Source: Chromera velia (Eukaryota). Taken from it: DNA of 53,087 bases. The stretch covers positions 1 to 53,087 of the forward strand of contig JAHBMJ010000232.1 in the NCBI GenBank assembly GCA_018398765.1, written 5' to 3'. This document shows, piece by piece, positions 23,548-38,000 of the stretch. The position numbers were made by a program, and so were the translations under genes. Under the pieces are notes generated by a model, which saw only the letters and a list, made by a program, of their open reading frames with translations, was not told the origin of the DNA and did not search any database. Every line of letters begins with the position of its first letter. The stretch's first letter is position 1.

Positions 23548-26500
23548 TCAGCCGAACAGACTCTTCGGGCTTGGTGCTGCTTTAAAGGCGGAATGGAGGA
23601 GTGAAGCGTACTGTTGCAGGGAAGAGCGATCAGCTCGCAGTTGCCTCCACCTCCCGGCCACAGTCCTCTTGAGGACGTCCCGGGCGACCGCCACTCGTGC
23701 CAGCTGTCCAGAGGCATGCCACGACTCCAAGCGGGCCCCCAACTCAACTGCAAGAAGAGGCCGAATGAGAGGACAAACACAAAAGCAACAAAAAAAGCAT
23801 GGAACATTCAATTCGCAGAAGAGAGGCGGAAAAGCACTGGAATGCGTTTTTTCCAATGGAGAAAGCATGTCTCATTCATGAGGATTTTCTTTGCGCATTC
23901 CGTTGTCCCCCTCATCGATTCGACGGCTTTGGAACAGACCCTCGGGAGGCAACAGTGTTTCTCGCAAAATTAAAAGACATTTCAGAGGGTCTATCCATTG
24001 GAGCATCCCACTTTCACCCCCTCATTGCGAACAGAAAGGAGCAGAGAAGAATCGATCTGATTGGAGACCTTGCTCACAATCCTTCCTTCATCCTACCAGA
24101 CAGGAATGGAAGGGAACACAGCCACTCGTGCCCGTTTAAGTATTTGTCTGTCCGTCTCCGTGTCTGCTTGCTAGCCTGTCTGGCTGGCTGCCTCTTCATG
24201 TGTACAACTCACATGGGAAGGCCGCTGTGAGGTCCAAGAGAAGATCGTATACGGCAGCGGCGCAGTTCAGTTTCACGTTCTCCCTCTCTGTCTCCAGGAC
24301 CGCATCCGTTGCCTTTCCTGCAAACGCGATCGACGAGTGTCAGGTACAGTGAGATGAGATCAGGCAGGCTGGCAAAGAAAGAGCAAGAACCAGTGTGAAA
24401 ACAAAACAATAGAGACAGGGAGACAAAAGGAAAGCAGGAAGGAAAGAAAGAAACAAAAAACAGAAGAAAGAGCAGCGGGCATAGATCCATGACCGCGAAT
24501 ACACTTTTCGTCAACCTGATCGTCTTCACGCCCCTGCAGGTCCATTTATCTTCCTGCCCGACACACCAGAAATCTGCCCCACCCGTTCCTTTTTTTTGTC
24601 TCCTCCTACAATGCACCACAACAGCTGGATGGATGCAGCCCTTCGCCGAGACAGTAAGAAGAGCAGGATTCTGTTGAAGTCTTCAAACAAACAAAAAAAG
24701 AAAAGTGTCAAAACAGAGAGTGAGAAAAAAAGCCGTTCAACCGACCGTCCTTTCCAATTTTTTCGACCAAAAGAGTCAGAGACTTCTCGAGTTTTTGCAG
24801 CTCCTCCCTCTGTCTGCCGTCCCCAACCGGCTCCTCCCCTTCGTCTCCCCCCCTTCCTTTTCCCGTCGCTTTGCCCGCAGACTCCAGCGAGGCGTCGAGG
24901 AGGTCTGTGCTCCTCTCCCGGCCCTCTGCTGCTGCTTTTGTCGTTCCCGCGTCCGCAGGGACAGCCGTGGGGGGGGGCAGGTGAATGTTCAGATCGAGAA
25001 GGTACTGCAGTCAGTCAGTCAGTCAGTCAGTCAGTCAGTCACTTTAGGAGGACAATGAACACACACACAGACACACGCGCGCGCGCGCGCCCAGAGAGAG
25101 AGAGCGAGAGAGAGAGAGCGAAGGGTCCTGCAAGAATACCCAAGTACATGACGGCGAAAACCGAAGAGAACAAAGGAGCCGAGATAGACAGCCAGCCAGC
25201 CAAAAGAGTGAACATGCGAGACCTCCAATAAAAAGGAAAAGACAACGGAGCCGACCTGAAAGAGATCCCCAATCAGATCCCTGACCCAACTCGATGAATA
25301 CCCCAAAATCTCCAGAGGGGTCCGCGCTCTCTTCAGTTTCTCTGTACGGGCTGTAGCGCCTTTGAACGCGCGCTTCCATGCGAAGATTTGCATCTCCCCG
25401 TCGTCTAGATCTGTCTCTCCTCCCTGGAGAAACCGATCTGCAATCTCCGAATCTCCCAGACCCGTTCCACTCAAATGCCGAAACGCGTCCTCATGGACTT
25501 CCAGATTTCCCTTCCGAAACACACACCCTCTCTTCATATTCCCCTCTTCTTCCTCAAAATCCTCATCCTCTTCGTCTTCCTCAACGAACGGACCAGGCCA
25601 GAAGAAAAGTCGGAGCGCCTCGGCAGCAATGAAGGCGACTGAGGGAGGAGAGGCAATGAAGGGCAACACGGGTTTGACTTCCATCCGCTTCCTTCTTTCC
25701 TCTTCGGATTTCTCGTCCGGCTTCTCCTTCTCTGCAACCAGCTGTCCGTTCTCTCCCGGCATTGCAGGCATCGGCATCTTTGCCCAATCAATGTTCACGT
25801 TCGGTTTCACGGAACTCAGCCCCTCGAACTCTGCCTCTAATCTGGAGGCCCATTTCTTTTCCACACTCTTCACAGGTGCAAACACATCTGCAAGACTCTG
25901 CACTGTCTCGCGCATCGACTCTTTCCTCCCTCTCTCCACCCAGACAGAGGGAACAGATGTCTCACTCACCCCTTCCTCCTCCTCCTCTTTCCCTGCCTCG
26001 GCACAGACAGCAGAGAGGGAGGAGCGGAGACAGTGCAGGAGTGAAGCCGCAGCCTCCAGACGGATGCGCTCAGCCGCTGCGAAGGACGACCGCCGGAACT
26101 CTCTCCTCTTGCACATCGGCAGGTCCATACAGTCAAGGCGGATCTGCAGGGAGGGGGGTTGGGCAGAGGACAGACAGACAGCAACAGGGGAGGGAAGGGG
26201 GGTGGGGAGGAACGCAGACAGACAGCATCATTTGCAAACAGAAATAAAGAAATCAGAGGAGTCGATTTAAACGACTGTCGAAAGGAAGACGGAGCCCGCC
26301 CGGCTGGTCTGGTTGCATGTATGGGCATTGGAGAGTGAGAGCGCAATGATAGGAAAAACACAGACAGACAAGGCACGCCTTCCCTCTTTTTTTGCTGCTC
26401 GTCACTTTCCTCGATCAATCGATGTTTCTCACCGATCCCCTCCTTGTTTTTTTCTTTCTTCTTTCTGGTGCACCCCCATTCTTTCCGCCTTCTTACACCC

Positions 26501-29500
26501 GCACCCTCTCACCTGATTTGGAGTCTTGTTTGTCTGCCAGTAGTTGTCGACATCCGCTCTGAAGATTCTCTGGAAGTGCTCGTGAGCAGCCGCGAGGGAC
26601 GCCAGAACTTCAGCAATTCTGCAAGGACTCACGTTCACCTCTTCATTCACTTCGGTCCTTCTTCACTTGCCTGTCTTATGAGGAAACATTAGCAGAGTCA
26701 ACAAATGAGATAACAGGACACCGAAAAGAGATCGAGTGTTTTGCGTTCTTTTCTTAACCATTTCGGTAGAAATTATCGGCGTACACTTTTATGAAAGGAA
26801 ACAAACCCTCACACAGCAAGTCGCCTTTCTTCCTCTCCTCACTCCAAATGCACCCCCCGACCCACCCCAGCATTGTCAAGTCACTCACCCCCCCACACCC
26901 ACCCACTCACTCACCTGGTCGATGTTGCTCGCAACGCCACCGCAGGCTCCCGTCGTACCGCCTTCGCGCTGACCAACAGAAGGGGTGTGAGTCCCGAGGC
27001 CCCACTCGGGTGCCCCTCTCTCTCAAGGCCCCCTGCGAGGACGTGAGAGACCACCCATGCCAGGGCCCTTTCTCTCTCTGCCTCTAATTCCTCACAATCC
27101 GAAGATGAAAATCTACTCAAGGAACAAGCCAACCGACAAGCGGTGTCGACCGCATCTCTCCTCTCGTCAACAAAGGCCTCGGGGCCCGAGTGTGCACGGA
27201 GAGACGCGAACAGCGGCTCCCAGAGACGTTCTGTCTCCTTCTCCGTCTCCATCTCCGTGGCAGCAGAGACACATGAGTCCCCAGAATCCTTCTGCATACT
27301 CTTTGCATCATCTTTCTCATCAGTCTTTTCGGTTTCTTCTGCACACTTCTCTGTTTTCCTTTCCCCCTCTTCACCCCTTGCGGCATCTTCACCTGCTCCC
27401 CTTTGGATTTCCTCTTCAACGGTTTCTGTTTGCTTCTTGACCCGAGTGCAAGAGAGAAGCAGACGGGGCGGCAAGACCGACAGAAAGTTTGAGGCAGACC
27501 GCAAGGTACCGCAGGAGAAGTCCGAAATCTCCCAAAGAGTAGACTCCAGCACAGACCCACTGATGCCCCCCCCCTTTCCCCTCTTCAGACCGGAAGAAGA
27601 GGAAGAGGGCCCTTGCAGGACAGAGAGCAGTCTGCAGACATGGGCGAGAGAGTGAGACAGTGTTCCTTGAAATGTCGGCAGAGCGATAACGTAACCGCAA
27701 CCGGTTTGTCCTCGAAAAAGTAGCAGAGAGCCAAGAAAACAAATGAAGTCGTCTGAGACTGAGCTCAACAGCAGACGGTAATGCACGCAAGGAGAAAAGA
27801 AAGACAGACAAACGAGATCCCAAGGGAACGCAGGCACAAAACGAAAGCGAAGTGCAACGCGAATGCATGCGAGAAAAAAGAAACCTAGGGGAGTGAATGG
27901 AGTTCACGACCAGTTGTCGCCGAAAGAAACTGCATGCCAAAGCAAAACACTACCGTTCTCCTCTTCCTCATACAGATGCTTTGGTCTCTTCTCCTCCCCT
28001 CCTCACCTGAAGACCCCGTCTCTTCTTTGGTCTGTCCCGTCGTTGTCCCTGTCACCCGAAGCAGACGCGAAGGAAGCCGTCAGGCTCTCAGGAGCGGCCG
28101 CTATAGCCACCGCGAGGAGACGGGAGCGCAGAGCGGGGGCCGACAGAATGGACGGAAGGACGGCGGGATGGCAGAGTGCAGACACGACCTGAAAGAGAGG
28201 GGCAAACGGAAGCAGGGATGGATAGAAAAGTCCACATGCACACAGATATAGATACATTCGCAAAACGGCGTTTCTTCTCACCCAGCTTCAACCCAAGGAC
28301 GTAGAGTAAAAAAAACAATCGAAAGTGAAAAACGAAGAGAGAGTTGGACAGAAAGCAACACAACGAAAGGGAGAGATCCCAGGATAAACAGCAACTGAAC
28401 AAGCATACAGACAGACCACGAAGCATCGCACTTGACCTAAAGAATGCCAACTGGAGATCACCCCCCCCCCCCCCCCCCNNNNNNNNNNNNNNNNNNNNNN
28501 NNNNNNNNNNNNNNNNNNNNNNNNNNNNNNNNNNNNNNNNNNNNNNNNNNNNNNNNNNNNNNNNNNNNNNNNNNNNNNNNNNNNNNNNNNNNNNNNNNNN
28601 NNNNNNNNNNNNNNNNNNNNNNNNNNNNNNNNNNNNNNNNNNNNNNNNNNNNNNNNNNNNNNNNNNNNNNNNNNNNNNNNNNNCATGAGGGCTTCAGCTA
28701 CTCCCTCCACGACCCCCTCCTGCAGAAGTTCGCTCTTCATGATCGAGTCCAGCAACAAGGGAACGGTCCGACCGAGACGACCCAGACCCAACTGCACGCA
28801 CGCACTCATTGCATCATGCATGTGAATTCGTGGATGTGTTACTTGGTCCGTGTATGCAAATTTGTGCGTGCGTAAGTTTGCGCATATGCAGATTGCAGGA
28901 CCCCGGAAGTCCAGCAGAGGGTCCGCGCAAAGGCATAATAAAGACTCATCAATACCAAAAAAGGTGAAGGAGAACACGCGCAGGCATGGCAACATCAATT
29001 TGCGCGTGAAAGCAGCCACAAATACACAAGGCACAAGAAAACTGGGAGGAGACAAAGAGAGAAAGAGAGCTCGCAGACAGGAGATGAGTGGAATGAAAGA
29101 AAGAGAAAAGGACTCACAGAGGAGTTCCCAGCAGATCCAACAGCAGATGATGCCAACGGGGAGTTCGAAGAAGACGCGGCGTTTCCGAGAGCCGTGGCAC
29201 TCCCCTCGATCAACCTGGCAAGCACACGGAGGGCCGCCTCCTGTCTGTCCCTGTCCCAGGGACTCTCGCTCTGCAGGCATGTACACAGAGAGTGTATTCA
29301 CGAATGCAGACAAAACAAACAGACGGACAGGCCCGAAAGAAGGATAGACAAACACTGAGTGCCGAGGGAAAAGGACTCACAAACAAGACTCATAGTGGCG
29401 AGAGAGAGAAAGGGAGAGAGAGAGAGAGAGAAAGAGACAGAGAGAGATAGAGAGAGAGCTGACTTCCAGGGCGGGCATCAGAAGTTCCAGGTACGTGTCA

Positions 29501-30904
29501 GGTTCGCAGTACAAACCCATCTGCAAATCCAAAAAGGAAAGAAGAGAAAGAGAGAGGGGAGTAGAGAATCAAAAGGATGCATCACGCAGAGACACATTGT
29601 AAGACCTCCTGACAGCGTGTCGAGAGAAACCATGTAGCCAACATAGCCCAGGATCAGGTACAAAGAAACAAGAGATTCTCTCGAGATACTGCTTCAGCTC
29701 AGGAAAGGAAAAACAGCATGACTCCAACCTTCTTTGCTCTGATGTGGAGGATCACTCACTCACTCCCTCACTCACTCACTTACTCACAAGCTTGATTGCC
29801 GTTGTGTACTTCCGAAGCAGAGTGGCCTCTGTCCTTCTCCCCTGTCCAAACAGACGGACGCAGAGGGCCAAGAGAGGCTCGAGGTGCTCCGTCACAGACT
29901 CCTCCACGTACCCAAGCAACACGATCAAAAGGTTCGCAGACGTCTCTCCCTTCACTGCATCCATTCACCATTTTTCATTTCATACTCAGCTGTGCATGAG
30001 ACGCCAATGGGTGCACAAGCAAAGTCATGAAATCGTCAGAGCCAGACAGGGACTCATTCAAGACATCGTCACAAAAGCCTCTCTCTCTTCATTCTTTGTG
30101 TGTCCCTCTCAATTTTGGCCCTCTCCCCTTCTGTCACCCCTTCGCTCCCTCACTGACGGACGTTCTCGGAAGTCGGACACCTCCTTGAAGAGCGCCTTCA
30201 CGAACTTTCGACCCACAGACTTCACCTGAAAGAAATAACAACCAGGCAAGCAAGCAAGGACAGAGGAACGTCACACGGTACAGAGAGAGATAGAAGACAA
30301 AGACGGCAGACAAACAGACGGGACCACTAGTCCGAGCTCGATACGGAATTTAAGGAAATAATTCGGCAGCACATATTCATTCAGAGAAAAAGTCAGCCAA
30401 AAAAGGAAATCATGTCAGAGAGAAAAAGAAAGACGCCCCATGCCCTCCCTGCTTGCTGACTGACTGACAAAATGCCGAGCTCCCAGCCGAGGTCTTTGAG
30501 GAGCATCTCCCTTCCACCTGACCCCAAGTTCGCAGTCAGTGAACAATTGTTCGTGCATTTCTGATTCTTCTGTCTCCTTCTCTGCATCCTCCTCTTCCCG
30601 CCCACCTTCCCCGTCTCCCTTGCCCTCAAATTTGGATGCAAACTCCTGCGCCTCCCCCTTTTCCCCCTTCTCCCCCACCGCAACCGAAGCCGACGAAGAG
30701 CAGGCGGAAGAAGCAAAAGACCCCCCCTCTCCCTCTCCCGCCCCCCAGCTGACGGGGTCCCACTCCCCCCCGAGGGGGAACGGGAGGTCCACGCGTCCCT
30801 GAGGGATGGATGGCAAGCGGGAGGGGGAAAAGGAAGGCAGGTACAGATGCATGTTGGAGGAGGGGAAAGTTGAAGGCACACACATACCCACACACCCACA
30901 CACA

Positions 30905-30944
<40 letters not shown>

Positions 30945-31173
30945 CGGCTGAAAGGATGGGGAAAAGAAAAGAAGAGGGACCAAGTAACTGACATCGTATG
31001 TCCAAGGAGCGTTGAACCTGAACTGTCTCATGTCCCGAATGTCTTTCTCCTTCTCCTGCTCCCACGCGACGCCACACCTCTCTACGAGAAGAAAGGCGAG
31101 CCGCCTGATCGGTGCACTCTCGTCGAAGAGGCCGGAGAGAAGGTAGGGGAACACTCGGGCTTCATAGTCCATC

Positions 31174-31213
<40 letters not shown>

Positions 31214-31235
31214 AGAGGAGAGAGAGAGAGAGAGG

Positions 31236-31275
<40 letters not shown>

Positions 31276-34200
31276 AAATGAAAGAAAATCAACGTGTCTG
31301 ATGGAATTCCCCCCCCGTCTTTCTCTTTCTGTCTCTGCCCTCTAGAAAACAACACTTATCGACCTGTCAGATCCTTTCACACCCCCGACCTCTCAAAAAA
31401 CCGATATCTGTTTCTTCTTCCCCCTTCTTTTCTTCATGTACATAACAGACAAAACCGATAGACAGATAGACAAACAGACAGACAGACAGACAGACTCACC
31501 TGTCCCCAAAGAAGACCATCCACCACGCGATTGTCTCCAGGAGTCTTCTCCTGACGTTGTCGCTTCTGTCTGCCACCAGAGCGGCCAAGTAGTTGACCTT
31601 GTTGAAGTTCTCGTAGAAGGCCTTGATGGGCACAACGTTGGGGTCAAACCAACCGATCATCATCTGCACTCATTCATTCATTGCATCATCGCATCGTGCA
31701 GTCAGCAGAGGGTCAGTGAAGAGAAGGCGAAAAACGAAGGCCCCTTTTGTGTACCCATGCATGATCATGCAAATCTATCCAAATGGCTTCATGATCCCCC
31801 ATTGGAAGGCACCGAGGGAGAGAGAGAGAGAGAAGACCGACACGGACAAAGAGAAAGAGAAAGAGAAGGAGAGAAATGGGCATGGGAGAAGAGAAAAACA
31901 ATGAGGCGGAAAGAGACGGGATGAATGCTGAGAGGGCTCGAGAACGGTAAGTAGATCCTGTGCAGTGAATCAGTCAGCCAATGAGTCAGGTATCTCTTCT
32001 CAATCTGGCCGCTCATTTCTCCTCATCTCCGTGGCCTTCCTCTTCCCTCTTGATCGCCTCTTCGGCTTCGCCGTCCTATTTCCCTCTGTCTCCTTCCTTG
32101 CACCCTTCCTCTCTGTCTGAACAACCGCACCTCATCGCTTCTTTTCCGAAAGACTGGCACGTTCGTTGCCTGGTTAATTCTGACTGCAGGCTGACCTACC
32201 TCAATCACACAAGCGTTGTACTTGTAGAGCCCGCAGTGCAGGACTGCCGTCAGTGCATCGATCGCAGCAAGTCGGACCTGCATTTATAAATTGAAAGAGA
32301 AGGGACCATTTTCCAAATACCCATTCAGATGCTCATTTCACTGCACGCACACACACCCTTTCATCATGAGTCACAGAAATGACTCAAACGCAAAGGGGTG
32401 AGCAAGCACAGAGAGAGCCAAAGAAGGGGACGGGACATAAACTGCAGAGCGACGCACAAACCGCACGAATCAGGTCAAAAGGAAAGGGGTGGTCGATGGA
32501 GCCTATTGCTCAGATCGGATTCGCTCTCTCTTTCCATTGGGCTTTAGGAAGCATCCTGACTCAATGCGAAACAATTAAACGAAAGATGGATGCGGGCAAA
32601 CACATGCAGACAGACACATACATGCCCAAACAAACACGCATGAATGTACTGACCCTTCCGTGTTGATGGACGAAGCAGGAAGTGAGACACCTGATGGATG
32701 GATGGATGGATCGATTGATTGATTGAGTAGTCCATCGAGAGCAAAGATGTGAACAATCACACACATATGATAGGAGATGAGATTAAGGAGCAAGGGAGGC
32801 TACGAAGCTTGAAAAGGACACAAGAGAAGCACCAGAATTCACCGGAGATTCCGATAAAGCGAGCAGGAAAGAAAAAAAGCTCTTCGACGAAATTTTATTC
32901 TTTCCCAAATGTATAAATGAGAGTAGACACACAACAAAATACTGAAAGAAGAGCGGTATAGGCAGATATCCCAACACGAAACCTCTGGTGGCTGAAGAAA
33001 GAAGCTCTGAAAAGCGAACAATGAATCCCCCCTTCTTCCATCCTTCCTTCTGCGTCTCATTTCTTTTGCCTCTCTTCATTTCCATTTACAGACCTGCCGA
33101 GGGTCTCTGTGAAGTGAAACAAGAGAGGCGAGTGATGCAGACAGAACTGCTTCAGCATACCGCAGCCCTGCAGGCATAGAGAAGAAAGAGAGAGAGGAAC
33201 TTTGTTTTCAAAGTACTTCTACACGACACGCGCCTAGTCCAACACAGAGCGATGATACACACACGAGAAGAGGAGTGCCACACTGGGCTTTTTTCCTTTG
33301 GCACGCACGCGGAACCAGACCGACAGACAAACAAAAAGTAGGATAAAAGTCCGCATGGACGCACGCACGCATGCACCTACCCACCTTGAGTTTCATGTCC
33401 GGACAGGGGTCCATGCAGGCAGCGCGAAGGAGACCGGTGGCCTCGTCGACGTGCGAGTAGACCTGCAAGGGGCAAGGGGGCCCGGGGGGTCCGTGCAGAC
33501 ATTTAGAGACACAGAAGAGAAGAGAGAATGGAGGAAGAAGTTGACTCAAAGCAAGAGAAGAGGGGGCAAATTTTGGTTGAGTGGGGGGAGAGAAGGGAAG
33601 TGACGCACTGGAAGGTATGGGCAGGAGGGGCACACAAAGGCAAACAAAAGAGGAAGGCCGATAGGCAGATCTAGACGCAGCAGAGAAACAAACAAAGAAA
33701 CAGAAGGAGGAAGGAGGCAGAGGAGATAGATAGAGACCCACCGCTTCCTCAGGACACCGCTCCAGGAGGAGAGCGATCAATCGCAAAAGTTCCAGCCGCA
33801 CCTCTTCACACTCTTCCACTGGTCGAATCTGGAGGACGAGAGCGACACATGGACAGATACGTGAGTCAAGCATAAGGCAAAAGAAGCGGAGGAAAGAAAG
33901 CGGAGCATTGCGATTGCCCCGTTCTCCGATCCTGTCTGCTGGATTCAATCAATCAAGTTCTTTTGGGAGAAGAGAGAGGGCTACCCACACAGGCATTGTT
34001 CGAGTCGTAGTGCTTCACAGCCTTCCCTCCCATTCCTCTTTCTGTGCTTCCTTCCCTTTCTCCTTCCTTTCCTACTCTGGGTCAATGTCCGCCAAAGAGC
34101 ACACACGGATGGATGGACAAGCCGACCCACCTCTGTTGGTTTCTGCTCTGGGTCTGGTCTCATTACTGTGGGCAAGTGTGCGACCCTGCAGGCAGACAGA

Positions 34201-34543
34201 GGGGAAGCGCTCGTTTTGAAGGAACGCGAAAGGAAGAGAGAAGAATGCCGGGACTCTGTGGCCCTCTACAGAATGAGGGACGAGCTTAGAGGAAAGAAGG
34301 AGAAAAGGCAAGAAGCGAAATCAAATCTGGGTGACAGGAAGCAGAGGGGCAGAAAGAGGGTGTGCGTACAAAGGAGACAGAGAAGGGAAGAGGTCAACAA
34401 CAAAGAGCGAGAAACTTCCAATCCGACAAAGCATAGTCCGAGAAGAAAAGACGGGAAGGAGCACCCCCCGGACTCGTCCTTCCAGCCCCCCCCCAGACCC
34501 ACCCGTCAATATCTGCACTTCCCATGCGACCAACGAGGACTGC

Positions 34544-34591
<48 letters not shown>

Positions 34592-34604
34592 TAAGAGAGA
34601 GAGA

Positions 34605-34650
<46 letters not shown>

Positions 34651-36230
34651 GAAGATACAAGGTGGGAAGAGAATATGGAGGATCTGGGATTTGACATCCC
34701 ACACAAATCAATCAAAGAAATCGCAGGACGTCATCCCGAGGAAAGAAACGGTCTGTGTGTTCATTAGTCGGGGAGAACAAAACAGAGCAGCAGACAGCGG
34801 AAGGGTATGTCTGCCTGTCCAGAAAGCCAGGCGGAGAGAGAGCCAGTCACACAGTAAAACAGCGCCTCTCGAGGAGAAGAAAGCTTGCGAAAGGGGACCG
34901 ACAATGCACGTGCACTCACTCGCATCATTCAATTCATCATTGCAGAAATTCATTACAAGCAGGTCAGGCAGGCAGGCAGGCAGGCAGGCAAAAGATCAAG
35001 TGAGATACAAAAGAAAAGAGGAGAAAACCAAAGTCAAGCAGTGCAAAAAATACGATATGCCGATTTGAGGTTGGCAGTAGACAAAGGAAATTCTCGTTTT
35101 TCTTTTTCCCCTTCTTTCCCATCGCAGCTGGCCCACCGACCCGGAAACACATAGTCCAACGCCGGTGTGATGTCCGACATCGACTCCAGAAAGCTGCCCG
35201 CCCGTCCATGCGAACGTTCATTCAATGAGTTCAGGGTCCCGAGGAGGGAGAGAAGCAGAATCAGGAGGGGGAAAGAAATGAAGCGAAAGGAAGAAATGGA
35301 TGCAGCCCTTCAGTCTGGACAGGGGCGTAGACAGGGGCCCAGATTGATAAACATGGTGCAACAGAAGCGAAACGAAAGAGTGTGCAGGAAACTCTTAGAA
35401 TATTTCCCTGTACAATTTATTCCATCGGGTCCTTCACTTTCTTCCTTCTGTCTATTTGCGAAATTCAGAGGAGCAGTCGCACTCGCGCGGAGGAAGGGAG
35501 AAATGGGAAAGCGTCGGTGTATTTGTTCCCAGCGAACATAAAAAGCCCAAAGAGTATCAGATGGGCCCTCCACAACCTCAGTGAGACAGAGCCGTGGAAG
35601 AAGGAACCGAATGTTAAGATGGCTGACACTGCAAAAGAGTCAGAAGGCAGCGAGACTGATAGTTCATACCCCCCCCCCCCCCNNNNNNNNNNNNNNNNNN
35701 NNNNNNNNNNNNNNNNNNNNNNNNNNNNNNNNNNNNNNNNNNNNNNNNNNNNNNNNNNNNNNNNNNNNNNNNNNNNNNNNNNNNNNNNNNNNNNNNNNNN
35801 NNNNNNNNNNNNNNNNNNNNNNNNNNNNNNNNNNNNNNNNNNNNNNNNNNNNNNNNNNNNNNNNNNNNNNNNNNNNNNNNNNNNNNNNNNNNNNNNNNNN
35901 NNNNNNNNNNNNNNNNNNNNNNNNNNNNNNNNNNNNNNNNNNNNNNNNNNNNNNNNNNNNNNNNNNNNNNNNNNNNNNNNNNNNNNNNNNNNNNNNNNNN
36001 NNNNNNNNNNNNNNNNNNNNNNNNNNGGCGAGTCTCCCTCAGTGCCAGCCAACCCTAATTTTCCCAGACTGACGTACCTCGAGATCACCTGGATTGCCCT
36101 CTCCCGCGTCTTGTCGACTTTGTCCCCGAAGCACTGAAGGAGAGGCCGCCGGATGGACACGAAGCACTTGTTGAACAGATCTGAGAGGGGGAAGTCGAAG
36201 ATGAGGGAATTTGGGCAAACGGCTAACAAG

Positions 36231-36295
<65 letters not shown>

Positions 36296-36942
36296 GTCGA
36301 CTGCTTTCCTTCTGCGTGCAACCATTACCCGGCGATCGGTCTGACACACTGACTGAAAGACTGACTGACAGGCGCTGATTTCGCTTTGTCTTCCGATGAA
36401 GAGCGCGTGGAGTTTCTCGACTGAGCGTCTCCTCACGTGTGCGTCCTTCTCCTCAACTAGAATGTTCAGGTCTCGCTGGATGAAGGACAGAAGGCGCTGC
36501 AAACACGTACATAGAGACAACGGAGAGAAGGGTATGATGGAGAGGGTAGAGAGAAGTCACGGTCTTTGGGAGAACTACAGACGCTGGCGCACAGGGAGAA
36601 GACCTGCTCTGGCCTCACCTCGGGATCCACCACAGGAATGTCTGCTGCAGACTCTGCCAGGGTCCGCACAGTCCTCGTGGAGGCAGTTGTCTCCAGAGTC
36701 CCTGCACGGAGACTTGCTGACGTTGAAGTCTGTCCGGATGGTACAAGCTTGACCCCACTCCACTCATTCATCCATTGGAGGGAAGAGTCCAAGTGCTTCT
36801 TTCCGCCACCCTCATCTTTCCCCTTTCCTTCTCTTTTCTTTGCTTTGGTGAATTTGGGGATCTCCAGCTGAGAGATGCACTTGGCGTTGCTCACAGTGCT
36901 CTTGTAAGCAACAGCGTCGAAAAGAAAGTCGTCGTCGTTCAT
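23548..36942 (-). CDS. DNAAF5: HEAT-repeat protein, dynein axonemal assembly factor 5 (HEATR2)-like, ~20 exons
   Basis: Spliced exons read IQRDLNILVEEKDAHVRRRSVEKL (from 36496), RPLLQCFGDKVDKTRERAI (36180-36078), VLVGRMG, RPVEECEEVRLELLRLI, ACMDPCPDMK, HQHGRVRLAAIDAL, FDPNVVPIKAFYE and DYEARVFPYLLSGLFDE, resembling DNAAF5 family motifs. Last exon inferred to end at TGA 23548. The 3' exon structure is less certain and two assembly gaps lie inside. Confidence 0.8.
28479..28683. other. Assembly gap (N run)
   Basis: Ns preceded by a poly-C run. Confidence 0.99.
35683..36026. other. Assembly gap (N run)
   Basis: Ns preceded by a poly-C run. Confidence 0.99.
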
Positions 36943-38000
36943 TTCGGTCTCAACGCTCCTCAGATTTCTCACAGGCCGCTTGCCAAGCTGGTCTCTTCAG
37001 AGAAGTGAGGCAGGGAAAGTACAGAGGCACTGTCACAACAGAGTGTGCGCGGTCAAACAGCAGTACGTTGTTACGACGGATGTTGAGAACAGTTTTTGTG
37101 ATCAGGTTGAAAGCTGAGTGGCTGTATATACTGTTGCGGTACTGTCGGAGCGTGGAAAGGTGCGAAAACGCTGGAGACCTGTCAGCTAGAAACATCTGGA
37201 AGCCACACGCGTTACAGTCCAATCTCTCAGTGCTGGAATTTGCTGGCCGAAGGCTTTCGGGAAAACAGTCAGGAAAGGGAGTTTTTGTGTTGCAAAAGAT
37301 CTTCTTCATGCAAATGGCAGAAATCGCGGGCCCGCGGGCCCCGGAACTTCATGCATATATGTCTTCTGCGGGCTTTTTTCGCGCGGCCGTGCGAAGCCGG
37401 GGCCCTCCGAACTTGAGCTTGTGTTGCACATGCAATGTTGCAGACATTCAAGTGTTGTTCACCTATATAGATTCGTGCATGCAAATCAATTATATATAAT
37501 TAACTGATGATGTACGTATATACAATTACACATACAGAAATGTATACATTTACGTATAGCTATATAGCATGCTATAGCTTTATACACATGTGCATGCCTG
37601 CATAAATTTGAACGTATCAGTACGTATATGCATCAACACGTTATGCTCTGCAGGTGTGTAGATTGTTGGCTGCAATCTTTTGATTAATGCTGTATGCTCT
37701 ATATATGTATACACTTCCAGGAAGCAATTGATTCGATCCGGAAGTGTATGGCAGCATGGGTGGCTGTTTCATCTCCTACTGGCACATGCAAAAGCTCGAT
37801 CCGGATGAAGCTCAATGGTGGTTGGTTGGTGTCCTGTGCCACTGACAAAACTGTGCTGGATGGATGATTGACTTTGCCCTCACGCTGCCGTGCCCACTCC
37901 TGCACGAAGAGAGTGCATGAGGCGACCCCTCAATTTGGGTCTGCAAACACTCTTCTGTGAAAGTTGAGACGCCGAAAGATTTGACCGTTTGACCAGCAAT
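36943..38000. promoter_or_regulatory. Probable bidirectional promoter region between divergent genes
   Basis: About 1.06 kb between ATG 36942 (-) and ATG 38001 (+). GC-rich block near 37325-37410 next to an AT-rich block with several TGCATG and GTATAC-like palindromes. Confidence 0.5.

Noticed and set aside
25362..26270. 302 aa plus-strand ORF and other antisense ORFs over exons
   Set aside because: Shadow frames of minus-strand DNAAF5-like exons.
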